Part shown: positions 17,837 to 26,829 of the stretch, piece after piece
Position numbering within the stretch: position 1 is the first letter of the stretch
Layout: each line of letters begins with the position of its first letter
DNA from: an uncultured Collinsella sp.
Lineage (GTDB): Bacteria > Actinomycetota > Coriobacteriia > Coriobacteriales > Coriobacteriaceae
Direction: 5' to 3'
Length of the DNA stretch: 64,000 bases
Assembly (NCBI GenBank): GCA_938023335.1
Contig: CALIHA010000053.1
Span: forward strand, 73,015 to 137,014
Translations under genes and position numbers: made by a program
The notes under the pieces: model-generated
Told to the model about the DNA's origin: nothing
Database searches by the model: none
Seen by the model: the letters and a program-made list of their open reading frames with translations, nothing else

Positions 17837-19141
17837 ATGCAGACGATCTACCAGAAGATGGAAACCACCGAACTCGATGCCGCCATCGAGGCGCTCAAGG
17901 CCGAGGTCGCCGAGGTCAAGGCCAAGGGTCTGGCGCTCGATATGGCCCGCGGCAAGCCGTCGCCCTCCCAGGTGGACATCTCGCGCCCCATGCTCGATAT
18001 CCTCAACGCCGATGCCGATCTGCACGACGGCAGCGTCGACTGCTCCAACTACGGCTGCTTCGAGGGTATTCCTTCGGCACGCAAGTTGGCAGGGGAGTTC
18101 CTGGGCTGCCCCGCCGAGCAGACGCTCGTGCTGGGTTCGTCGAGCCTTTTGATCGAGCATGACATCGCCGGCATGTTCTGGCGCTGTGGCTCGTGCGGCA
18201 GCGAGCCCTGGGACGCCTACGAGGCCGCGCACGACGGCAAGAAGGTCAAGTTCCTGTGCCCCGTTCCCGGCTACGATCGCCACTTTGGCATCACCGCCGA
18301 CTTGGGCATCGAGAACGTCCCCGTCGCGATGACCGACAACGGCCCCGACATGGCCGAGGTTGAGCGCCTGGTTGCCACCGACGACTCCATCAAGGGCATC
18401 TGGTGCGTGCCCAAGTATTCCAACCCCACGGGCATCACCTTTAGCGAGGACACCGTGCGTCGCCTGGTCGAGATGCCCACGGCCGCGCCCGATTTCCGCA
18501 TCTTCTGGGACAACGCCTACTGCGTGCACGACCTGTACGACGAGACCGACGAGCTCGCCAACATCTTCGATCTTGCCCGCGCGGCGGGCACCGAGGACCG
18601 CGTGGTGGCCTTTGCCTCGACGTCCAAGATCACCTTCCCGGGTGCCGGCATCGGCTTTATCGGTGCGAGCCCCGCGGTCATCGCCGAGTTCTCCAAGCGC
18701 CTGAAGGCTGGTCTTATTAGCGCCGACAAGCTCAACCAGCTGCGTCACGTGCGCTTCCTTCCCACCATCGAGGCGGTCAAGAAGCACATGAAAAAGCATG
18801 CCGAGTTCCTGCGCCCGCGCTTTGAGGCCGTTGAGCGCAAGCTCACCGAGGGCCTGGGCGACACGGGTTGCGCCACCTGGACGCATCCACGCGGCGGCTA
18901 CTTTGTGAGCTTCGATGGTCCCGAGGGCTCGGCCCAAAAGGTCGCCGCGCTCTGCGCCGACTTGGGCGTCAAGCTCACGCCGGCTGGTGCCACCTGGCCT
19001 TATGGCAAGGATCCGCGCGACACCAACATCCGCATCGCGCCGAGCTATCCCACGGTCGAGGACCTGGAGGCTGCGCTCGATGTGCTGGTGCTGGCTGTCA
19101 AGCTCGTCGCTGCCGAGCTTGCGCGTGCCGAGCGCGCCTAA
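17837..19141 (+). CDS. PLP-dependent aminotransferase, class I/II fold
   Basis: 434 aa; PKYSNPTG, FWDNAY, STSKITFPGAGIG (PLP lysine context). Confidence 0.85.
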   Translation: MQTIYQKMETTELDAAIEALKAEVAEVKAKGLALDMARGKPSPSQVDISRPMLDILNADADLHDGSVDCSNYGCFEGIPSARKLAGEFLGCPAEQTLVLGSSSLLIEHDIAGMFWRCGSCGSEPWDAYEAAHDGKKVKFLCPVPGYDRHFGITADLGIENVPVAMTDNGPDMAEVERLVATDDSIKGIWCVPKYSNPTGITFSEDTVRRLVEMPTAAPDFRIFWDNAYCVHDLYDETDELANIFDLARAAGTEDRVVAFASTSKITFPGAGIGFIGASPAVIAEFSKRLKAGLISADKLNQLRHVRFLPTIEAVKKHMKKHAEFLRPRFEAVERKLTEGLGDTGCATWTHPRGGYFVSFDGPEGSAQKVAALCADLGVKLTPAGATWPYGKDPRDTNIRIAPSYPTVEDLEAALDVLVLAVKLVAAELARAERA

Positions 19142-19207
19142 CGCGTAGGGCCCCGCAAGTCCGCGCCTAGTACTATCCGCACTTTCGATACGTAAAGGAG
19201 CGTATAC

Positions 19208-19522
19208 ATGGATTTGGGTATTTCAACCAACCCCACGCCAGAGCTCTACACCATTAAGGTAACCGGCGAGATCGATATCTCTAACGCCGATAGCCTGCGC
19301 AATGCCATCGACCTGGCGCTTGAGCAGCCCACCGAGGCCGTTGAGCTCGATTTTGCCCAGGTGAGCTACATCGATTCGACGGGCATTGGCGTGCTCGTGG
19401 GCGCCGCGCACCACGCGGTCGACCACGGCAAGCGCTTTAGCTGCATCAATGTGCAGCCCCCGGTGATGCGCGTGGTTCAGCTGTTGGGTGTCGACCAGGA
19501 GATTTCGATCACCGCTGCATAA
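19208..19522 (+). CDS. STAS-domain protein (anti-sigma-factor antagonist, SpoIIAA-like)
   Basis: 104 aa; VTGEIDISNADSLR...VSYIDSTGIGVLVG. Confidence 0.85.
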   Translation: MDLGISTNPTPELYTIKVTGEIDISNADSLRNAIDLALEQPTEAVELDFAQVSYIDSTGIGVLVGAAHHAVDHGKRFSCINVQPPVMRVVQLLGVDQEISITAA

Positions 19523-19675
19523 TCTTTGCCCCCAAAAGGGCGTGCCGTTTGGCATATGTTTGTGATGCGCTCGGACGTTTTGGCGTCCGGGCGCTATACT
19601 TGACCGAATGAATAGACGAGTTCCGGCCGAATGGCGCGGTGCGGGCTCGACTCACATCGAGCCTTGGAGGTATGT

Positions 19676-20266
19676 GTGTTTGGTATTGGAGAGGGTGAGC
19701 TCGCGATCATCGTGGTCTTCGGCTTTTTGCTGTTTGGCCCGGATAAGCTCCCACAGATGGGCCGCACGATCGGCCGTGCCATCCGTCAGTTCCGCGAGAC
19801 GCAGGAAAAGATGACGGCCGTTGTTCAGTCCGAGATAATCGATCCGGTGAGCGAGGCCGCGTCGGCCCCGGTCAAGCCCAAGAAGGCTGCTACGACCGAC
19901 GACGATTCCGATGCGGACGAGGATGCCACCGAGACGGCAGCGCCCGCCAAGAAGGAGACCTTTGCCGAGCGTCGCGCCCGTCTTGCTGCCGAGAAGGCCG
20001 CAAGCGAGGGTGCTGCTGAGGGCGAGGGTGCTGCTGAGGAGTCCGAGGCCGAGAGCGCCGAGCCTGCCGCTGCCGCCAAGCCTGTCGTCGAGCCCGAGCC
20101 TGCTGCAGAGCCGGAGCCCGAGCCCGAGCCGGCAGAGCCCACGACGGCTGACCTCTACGCCCGTCGTCCCCGCAAGCGCAAGGCCGTCGTCGACCAGCTC
20201 GCTCGCGAGCTCGAGGCCGAGGACGACGCCGCTGCCGCCGACGCCCCGAAGGGAGGCGATGAGTAA
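19676..20266 (+). CDS. tatA: Twin-arginine translocase TatA/TatB-family protein with a long Ala/Glu/Pro-rich tail
   Basis: GTG start 5 nt after GGAGG; FGIGEGELAIIVVFGFLLFGPDKLPQMGR. Confidence 0.8.
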   Translation: MFGIGEGELAIIVVFGFLLFGPDKLPQMGRTIGRAIRQFRETQEKMTAVVQSEIIDPVSEAASAPVKPKKAATTDDDSDADEDATETAAPAKKETFAERRARLAAEKAASEGAAEGEGAAEESEAESAEPAAAAKPVVEPEPAAEPEPEPEPAEPTTADLYARRPRKRKAVVDQLARELEAEDDAAAADAPKGGDE

Positions 20267-21057
20267 TGCCTATCGGACCTGCGCGCATGCCGCTCTTCGA
20301 TCACCTGGGCGAGCTCCGTCGCCGCCTGACCATCGTGGTCGTGTCGGTGTTTGCCGCCGCCATCGTGCTGTACTTTGCCACGCCCGTGGTGCTCGATATC
20401 CTCGAGGATCCCATCCGCTCGTTTGTGCCGGACGGTAAGTTCTACATCACCACCACGCTCGGCGGTTTTGGCCTGCGCTTCTCGCTGGCCATCAAGATGG
20501 CCGTGGTCATGTGCACGCCCATGATCATCTGGCAGATTCTGGCATTTTTCCTGCCGGCACTGCGCCCCAACGAGCGCAAATGGGTCGTACCCACGGTGCT
20601 CGCCTCGACGGTGCTGTTCTTCCTGGGCGCCATCTTCTGCTACTTCATCATTATCCCGGCGGGCTTTGAGTGGCTCATCGGCGAGACTTCGGCCGTCGCC
20701 ACGGCGCTGCCCGACCTGGAGAACTACGTCAACATGGAGCTGCTCTTTATGATCGGCTTTGGTGTGGCGTTTGAGCTGCCGCTCATCATCTTCTATCTGT
20801 CCGTCTTCCACATCGTGTCCTACGCTGCTTTCCGCAGTGCCTGGCGTTATGTATACGTTGGCCTGCTTGTGGGCTCGGCTGTGATTACGCCCGACGGCTC
20901 GCCCGTAACGCTGGGCCTCATGTATGGCGCCCTGCTCTCGCTCTACGAGGTTTCGCTCGCCATCGCCCGCGTGGTCATTACCGCGCGCGAGGGCAAGGAG
21001 GGCTTGTTTGTGAGCCGTCTGGACCTGTTCTCGGACGATGAGGACGACGAGGAGTAA
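20266..21057 (+). CDS. tatC: Twin-arginine translocase subunit TatC
   Basis: PLFDHLGELRRRL, six predicted TM segments; start overlaps the tatA stop (TAATG). Confidence 0.92.
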   Translation: MPIGPARMPLFDHLGELRRRLTIVVVSVFAAAIVLYFATPVVLDILEDPIRSFVPDGKFYITTTLGGFGLRFSLAIKMAVVMCTPMIIWQILAFFLPALRPNERKWVVPTVLASTVLFFLGAIFCYFIIIPAGFEWLIGETSAVATALPDLENYVNMELLFMIGFGVAFELPLIIFYLSVFHIVSYAAFRSAWRYVYVGLLVGSAVITPDGSPVTLGLMYGALLSLYEVSLAIARVVITAREGKEGLFVSRLDLFSDDEDDEE

Positions 21058-21063
21058 ATCGGT

Positions 21064-21420
21064 ATGCACGAGGTTGGCATTGTCAACGGCATACTCGATA
21101 CAGTGATTCGCGCGGCGCGTGGGGCGGGGGCCTCGCGCGCCGTTTTGGTAACGCTGCGTATCGGGGATATGACCGAGGTCGTGCGCGAGGCGCTTGACTT
21201 TGCGTGGGAGACGTTTCGCGACGAGGACCCGCTCACGCGCGGCTGCGAGCTTGCCGTGGAGGAAGTCCATCCACAAAGCGAGTGTCTGGACTGCGGTGAG
21301 GTCTTTGAGCACGACCGTTTCCATTGCCGTTGTCCCCAATGTGGCGGTGCCAACGTGCGTCTGCTGCATGGCCGCGAACTCGACATTGCAAGTATCGAGA
21401 TCGAGACCCCCGACGATTAG
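21064..21420 (+). CDS. hypA: Hydrogenase nickel-insertion protein HypA
   Basis: MHEVGI N-terminus, CxxC...CPQCGG zinc site; 6-nt gap after tatC. Confidence 0.9.
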   Translation: MHEVGIVNGILDTVIRAARGAGASRAVLVTLRIGDMTEVVREALDFAWETFRDEDPLTRGCELAVEEVHPQSECLDCGEVFEHDRFHCRCPQCGGANVRLLHGRELDIASIEIETPDD

Positions 21421-21475
21421 CACGCTCGCCATCTAGCGATGGGGTATAAAAGGGCCAAAGTAAGGAGCGCTAAGT

Positions 21476-22159
21476 ATGGCCGAGAAAACGATTGATATTG
21501 CATCGCCGATTCTGTCGCGCAACGAGCGCCTGGCAGATCAGCTGCGTCAGCGATTTAATGAGACAAACACCTACGTGATCAATGTGCTGTCGAGCCCTGG
21601 CTCGGGCAAGACCACTACGATTCTGGGCACCAACGAGCGCCTGCGTGACAAAGCCGGCCTGCGCTGTGCCGTCATCGAGGGCGATATCGCCTCGGATGTC
21701 GATGCCATCACCATGAAGGAAGCCGGCATGCCCGCCATCCAGATCAACACGGGCGGCCTGTGCCACCTCGAGGGCAACATGATCATGGAGGCCGTCGACG
21801 CCTTCGACCAGGCTGTGGGTCTGGAGAACATCGACGTCATCTTTATCGAAAACGTGGGCAACCTGGTCTGCCCGGTCGACTTTGACCTGGGCGAGAACCT
21901 GTCCATCATGATTCTCTCGGTGCCCGAGGGCGACGACAAGCCCATCAAGTACCCGGGCATCTTCCAACACGCCGGCGCGCAGCTGCTCAACAAGGTCGAC
22001 GTGGCTCCGGCTTTCGATTTTGACATGGATAGGTATACTAAGACACTCGATGACCTCAATCCGCAGGCGCCGCGGTTTGCCGTGAGCGCGCGCAAGGACG
22101 AGGGCATGGATGCCTGGTGCGATTGGCTCATCGGGCAGATTGAGCAAGCAAGGGCGTAA
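21476..22159 (+). CDS. hypB: Hydrogenase maturation GTPase HypB (no His-rich N-terminus)
   Basis: SSPGSGKTT P-loop, CHLEG, ENVGNLVCP, LNKVD. Confidence 0.92.
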   Translation: MAEKTIDIASPILSRNERLADQLRQRFNETNTYVINVLSSPGSGKTTTILGTNERLRDKAGLRCAVIEGDIASDVDAITMKEAGMPAIQINTGGLCHLEGNMIMEAVDAFDQAVGLENIDVIFIENVGNLVCPVDFDLGENLSIMILSVPEGDDKPIKYPGIFQHAGAQLLNKVDVAPAFDFDMDRYTKTLDDLNPQAPRFAVSARKDEGMDAWCDWLIGQIEQARA

Positions 22160-22213
22160 GTCGGCCGCCATACGGGCGGGCGTAGCCGCAGAGATACGAG
22201 ATAGGAGCCTCTT

Positions 22214-24790
22214 TTGAAGCTCATCATCGCCGAGAAAAACGACGCCGCGCGTCAGATCGCCGAGCGTCTGTCCACGGGCAAGCCCAAAAAGGACAAGGTG
22301 TACAACACTGCCATCTACCGTTTTGAGTGGAAGGGCGAGGAGTGCGTGACCATCGGCCTTGCCGGTCACATCCTGGCGCCCGATTTTTGCGACAGTGTGC
22401 TGTTCGATAAAAAGCTGGGCTGGTATTCGGTCACGGAGGACGGCGAAATGCTGCCGGCCGACATGCCCGATGGCCTGGCTCGTCCGCCCTACGACACCAA
22501 GCGCAAGCCGTTTCTTGCCGACGGTATCTCCATCAAGGGCTGGAAGCTCGAGAGCCTGCCCTATCTCACCTGGGCGCCCGTCATTAAGCTGCCGGCCGAG
22601 AAAGAACTCATTCGTTCGCTCAAGAACCTCGCTAAAAAGTCCGACAGCGTCATCATCGCCACGGACTTCGATCGCGAGGGTGAGCTGATCGGTTCGGACG
22701 CTCTCAACAAGGTGCGCGAGGTCGCGCCGGACTTGCCGGTCGCCCGCGCCCAGTATTCTTCGTTTACCAAGGCCGAGATTACGCAGGCCTTCGATAATCT
22801 TGTCTCGCTCGACCAGAATCTGGCCGACGCTGGCGAGAGCCGCCAGCACATCGACCTCATTTGGGGTGCGGTGCTCACGCGCTACCTGACGCTCGCCAAG
22901 TTTGGCGGCTTTGGCAACGTGCGTTCCGCCGGCCGCGTGCAGACGCCGACGCTCGCCCTGGTGGTCGAGCGCGAGCGCGAGCGCATGGCGTTTGTGCCCG
23001 AGGACTATTGGCAGATTCGCGGCATGGGTGCCGCGCAGGGCGCTGCCGAGGACGATCGCTTTAAGATTGCCCACAAGACGGCACGTTTTACCGACAAGGA
23101 TGCTGCCGAGACGGCGTATGGTCACGTCGACGGCGCCAAGACGGCAACCGTCGCCGCGGTGACCAAGCGCTCGCGTAAGCAGCAGCCGCCCACGCCGTTT
23201 GCGACGACCTCGCTGCAGGCTGCCGCCGCGGCCGAGGGCATCTCACCTGCGCGTACCATGCGCATCGCCGAGTCCCTCTACATGGCCGGTCTCATCAGCT
23301 ACCCGCGTGTCGACAACACCGTGTATCCCGCGACGCTCGATCTGGGCGCCGTGGTGAGCGACCTGGCAAAGATCAACCCGGCGCTGGCGCCCGTGTGCAA
23401 AAAGGTGCTCGCCGGCCCCATGAAGCCCACGCGCGGCAAGGTCGAGACCACCGACCACCCGCCTATCTACCCCACGGGCGAGGGCGATCCGTCCACGCTC
23501 GATGGCGGCCAGCGCAAGCTCTACGACCTCATCGCCCGTCGCTTCCTGGCGACGCTCATGGGTCCCGCGACTATCGAGAACACCAAGCTCGAGCTCGATG
23601 TGAACGGTGAGCCGTTCGTGGCCTCGGGCGACGTGCTCGTGACCCCGGGTTTCCGCGAGGCGTACCCGTACGGTCTTAAGCGCGATGAGCAGATGCCGCC
23701 GCTTGAGCAGGGCGACACGGTCGACGTGTTCGACATTAAGCTTGAGGCCAAGCAGACCGAGCCGCCCGCGCGCTACAGCCAGGGCAAGCTCGTGCAGGAG
23801 ATGGAAAAGCGCGGCCTGGGCACCAAGTCCACGCGCGCGAGTATCATCGAGCGCCTGTACGCCGTGCGCTACCTCAAAAACGATCCCGTGGAGCCGAGCC
23901 AGCTGGGCATCGCCATCATTGACGCGCTGACGCAGTTTGCCCCGCGCATCACGAGCCCCGATATGACCAGCGAGCTCGACGGCGACATGACTCGCGTCGA
24001 GCGCGGCGAGGACACCGAAGAGCATGTCGTGACGCACTCGCGTGCGCTGCTGGCCGGCGTGCTCGACGAGCTGCTCAAGCATACGCAGGAGCTGGGCGAC
24101 GCCATCAGCGACGCCGTCACGGCCGATGCGCGCGTGGGCGCCTGCCCCAAGTGCGGCAAGGACCTGGTTATGAAGACGAGCGCCAAGACCCGCGGCAGCT
24201 TTATCGGCTGCATGGGTTGGCCCGACTGCGACGTGACCTATCCGGTGCCGAGTGGCGTCAAGGTGAGCCCGCTCGAGGGCGAGGCCGCCGTGTGCCCCGA
24301 GTGCGGCGCGCCGCGCATCAAGTGCCAGCCATTCCGCCAGAAGGCCTTCGAGATCTGCGTGAACCCCACGTGCCCCACCAACTACGAGCCCGATCTTAAG
24401 GTGGGCGAGTGCAAGGTGTGTGCCGAGGCCGGACGTCACGGCGACCTGATCGCGCACAAGAGCGAGAAGAGCGGCAAGCGCTTTATCCGCTGCACCAACT
24501 ACGATGACTGCGGCGTGAGCTATCCGCTGCCGGCGCGCGGCAAGCTCGAGGCGACGGGCGAGACCTGCCCCGAGTGCGGCGCCCCCATCGTGGTGGTCAA
24601 CACGGCGCGCGGTCCGTGGCGTATCTGCGTCAACATGGACTGCCCGACCAAGGAGAAGAAGCCCGCCCGCGGTCGCAAGACCACAACCAAGGCGAGCGCG
24701 GCAAAGAAGACGACGGCTAAGAAAGCCACTGCCGCCAAGAAGACGACCGCGAAGAAGTCGACTGCCAAGAAAGCAGCCGCCGACAAGTAA
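22214..24790 (+). CDS. topA: Type IA DNA topoisomerase with four C-terminal Cys4 zinc ribbons and a Lys/Ala/Thr-rich tail
   Basis: TTG start; Toprim (KLIIAEK, DFDREGE), active-site context GLISYPRVDN, four CxxC...C..C modules, tail KKTTAKKATAAKKTTAKKSTAKK. Confidence 0.9.
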   Translation: MKLIIAEKNDAARQIAERLSTGKPKKDKVYNTAIYRFEWKGEECVTIGLAGHILAPDFCDSVLFDKKLGWYSVTEDGEMLPADMPDGLARPPYDTKRKPFLADGISIKGWKLESLPYLTWAPVIKLPAEKELIRSLKNLAKKSDSVIIATDFDREGELIGSDALNKVREVAPDLPVARAQYSSFTKAEITQAFDNLVSLDQNLADAGESRQHIDLIWGAVLTRYLTLAKFGGFGNVRSAGRVQTPTLALVVERERERMAFVPEDYWQIRGMGAAQGAAEDDRFKIAHKTARFTDKDAAETAYGHVDGAKTATVAAVTKRSRKQQPPTPFATTSLQAAAAAEGISPARTMRIAESLYMAGLISYPRVDNTVYPATLDLGAVVSDLAKINPALAPVCKKVLAGPMKPTRGKVETTDHPPIYPTGEGDPSTLDGGQRKLYDLIARRFLATLMGPATIENTKLELDVNGEPFVASGDVLVTPGFREAYPYGLKRDEQMPPLEQGDTVDVFDIKLEAKQTEPPARYSQGKLVQEMEKRGLGTKSTRASIIERLYAVRYLKNDPVEPSQLGIAIIDALTQFAPRITSPDMTSELDGDMTRVERGEDTEEHVVTHSRALLAGVLDELLKHTQELGDAISDAVTADARVGACPKCGKDLVMKTSAKTRGSFIGCMGWPDCDVTYPVPSGVKVSPLEGEAAVCPECGAPRIKCQPFRQKAFEICVNPTCPTNYEPDLKVGECKVCAEAGRHGDLIAHKSEKSGKRFIRCTNYDDCGVSYPLPARGKLEATGETCPECGAPIVVVNTARGPWRICVNMDCPTKEKKPARGRKTTTKASAAKKTTAKKATAAKKTTAKKSTAKKAAADK

Positions 24791-24812
24791 CGGCGCAGTC
24801 GAAACATTGCCC

Positions 24813-24854
24813 AAAAAAACGAGCGAGGACCCCGCGATCCTCGCTCGTTTTTTT
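24813..24854. terminator. Bidirectional intrinsic terminator between topA and the convergent zinc-ribbon gene
   Basis: A7 - CGAGCGAGGA...TCCTCGCTCG - T7. Confidence 0.8.
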
Positions 24855-24856
24855 GA

Positions 24857-24914
24857 CCGGCAGTTAGGGACGTTCCTTTTCTGCCGGCAGTTTAGGAACG
24901 TCCCTAACTGCCGG
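24857..24914. repeat. Perfect 20-bp inverted repeat CCGGCAGTTAGGGACGTTCC / GGAACGTCCCTAACTGCCGG with an 18-nt spacer; member of a dispersed GGAACGTCCCTA family
   Basis: Arms at 24857-24876 and 24895-24914; related copies at 341-363, 404-424 and 26046-26059. Confidence 0.75.
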
Positions 24915-24932
24915 CTCGGGAACGACAAAGCG

Positions 24933-25907
24933 CTAGTTCACCTCGACAGGCTTGGCGCCGGGATAGCGCTCCTCAAAGTCTAGGCGGTACTTATTGTCAT
25001 TGGTGCCCGCCACGTTGTCGCGCGACAGCGGCGCCACGATCTCATTCTTGTGGTCCGCAGGCTTGGCGTATTTCAGGCTGATCTCCCAGGCATCACAGAT
25101 TGCGTCAATGCGGTGATCCAGGTCGTCGTACAGGGCGATGATATCCTTCCAGGAGCTGTAGTTCTTGGAGCTCGTCGGGACGTCCAGGTCCTCGACGATG
25201 TCGTAATACTGCTCGATGGTGTCCTCCGTGCGCTCGGCGACGTCGGCGAGATTTTGACGGGTGGTTCGATCCTCTTCCAGATAGTTGCCGTTGAAGTTCT
25301 GCGCGCAGCCACGGACCTGGCTGTCGAGATCTTCGAGCAGGTCGTAGTATTCGCTCAGGCGACGGTAGAGGTTCTGCTCGGAGAGCGTTGCTTCGCCGCC
25401 ATCCTCGTCGTCATCGTCGTACAGGCTGTTGGGATTGCCGAGAGGCTTTAGGTCATCGTCGTCGACGTCATGGTGCAGCTTAGCTACCTCGGCAGTCGTC
25501 TGCGTGGCGGCGTTGTCGAACGGTCTGATCGCAAAGAAGATGACCAGGGCGATGATGATCGCCACCAGCACAACGATAACGGCGATAAGCGGCCCGGTGC
25601 CGCTCTTTTTGGGAGCGGGGGTCTGTGGCGAAGCGGGCGCGTATGCGGGAGCTGGCTGCTGTTGGGGCGAGCCGCTCGCGACGGGTATGCGCTGCGTGGT
25701 CTCGACGGCCTCGGTCCTTGCGGCGGGGTCGGGGCTATAGGCGAGGGGGTCGTCCGCCTTGGCTTGCGGCGTATCAAGGGAGCCGGTCTGCTCAAAAGCG
25801 GGCTGGCTATCGCTCGCGGCTGTTTGCTCAACGGGTGCACCGCACGAGGTGCAGAACTTGGCATTATCTTCAAGAAGCTTGCCGCACGAGGCGCAATACC
25901 GAGACAT
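24933..25907 (-). CDS. Zinc-ribbon membrane protein (N-terminal CxxC-x-CxxC, Pro-rich linker, one TM, acidic extracytoplasmic domain)
   Basis: MSRYCASCGKLLEDNAKFCTSCG; TM segment LIAVIVVLVAIIIALVIFFAI. Confidence 0.75.
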   Translation of the reverse strand: MSRYCASCGKLLEDNAKFCTSCGAPVEQTAASDSQPAFEQTGSLDTPQAKADDPLAYSPDPAARTEAVETTQRIPVASGSPQQQPAPAYAPASPQTPAPKKSGTGPLIAVIVVLVAIIIALVIFFAIRPFDNAATQTTAEVAKLHHDVDDDDLKPLGNPNSLYDDDDEDGGEATLSEQNLYRRLSEYYDLLEDLDSQVRGCAQNFNGNYLEEDRTTRQNLADVAERTEDTIEQYYDIVEDLDVPTSSKNYSSWKDIIALYDDLDHRIDAICDAWEISLKYAKPADHKNEIVAPLSRDNVAGTNDNKYRLDFEERYPGAKPVEVN

Positions 25908-26144
25908 TGCCACTCCTTTCGCCACATTTCAATGCAATACGACGATTATACCCAGCATCCAAAATTCCCCATCATACGTTGCGGTGAAATAGGGACTGTT
26001 TGGCGGTCTCAGAGCTTCAATCAGTCCCTATTTCACCGCAACTTCGGAACGACTAGGTGGGATTTGGGGTGCGCCTGCCCCTGGGGTATCATGGCTTGGT
26101 TGATATATCTGCATTTACGCGCCTTGTAGGAAGGGGCTGCGCCC

Positions 26145-26828
26145 ATGGCTTTTGAGCCTGCTCAACATAGCTTTATCACGCTCGAGGGCGTCGACGGTGC
26201 CGGCAAGTCCACGCAGGCGCGCCTGCTCGCCCGTGCGCTCGAGCTCGCTGGCCACCAGGTTGTGAGCCTGCGCGAACCGGGCGGCACCGCCATCAGCGAA
26301 AAGATCCGCGCTCTGCTGCTCGACCCCGCCAATACGGCGATGGGCGACACCTGCGAGTTGCTGCTCTACGAGGCAGCGCGCGCCCAGTTGGTGCACGAGG
26401 TCATCGCGCCCGCCCTCGCGGCCGGCAAGGTGGTCCTGTGTGACCGCTTCTACGATTCCACGACCTGCTACCAGGCGTTTGCCGACGGCCTCGATCGCCA
26501 GATAGTGTGCGATGCCAATAACCTGGCCGTCGCGGGAACACACCCGGCGCTCACGCTCGTCTACCACATCACGCCCGAGCAGGCGGCGCTACGCATGGCA
26601 GCCCGTGGCGCGGCAGATCGCATGGAGGCAAAAGGCATGGCATTCCAGGGGCGTGTTTACGAGGGGTTTAGCGCCATTGCCGCCGAGGAACCAAATCGCG
26701 TAAAGCTCATCGACGCCACCGCGACCATAGAGGAAGTCTTTGCGAAGACGGTCGAGCAGGTTCGCGCGTATGGTCTCGACATTCCGCAGGAAGCCGTCGC
26801 CGCCGCGCTTGCCCAGGAGGACGAGTAA
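26145..26828 (+). CDS. tmk: Thymidylate kinase
   Basis: FITLEGVDGAGKSTQ P-loop, DRFYDST. Confidence 0.92.
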   Translation: MAFEPAQHSFITLEGVDGAGKSTQARLLARALELAGHQVVSLREPGGTAISEKIRALLLDPANTAMGDTCELLLYEAARAQLVHEVIAPALAAGKVVLCDRFYDSTTCYQAFADGLDRQIVCDANNLAVAGTHPALTLVYHITPEQAALRMAARGAADRMEAKGMAFQGRVYEGFSAIAAEEPNRVKLIDATATIEEVFAKTVEQVRAYGLDIPQEAVAAALAQEDE

Positions 26829-26829
26829 C

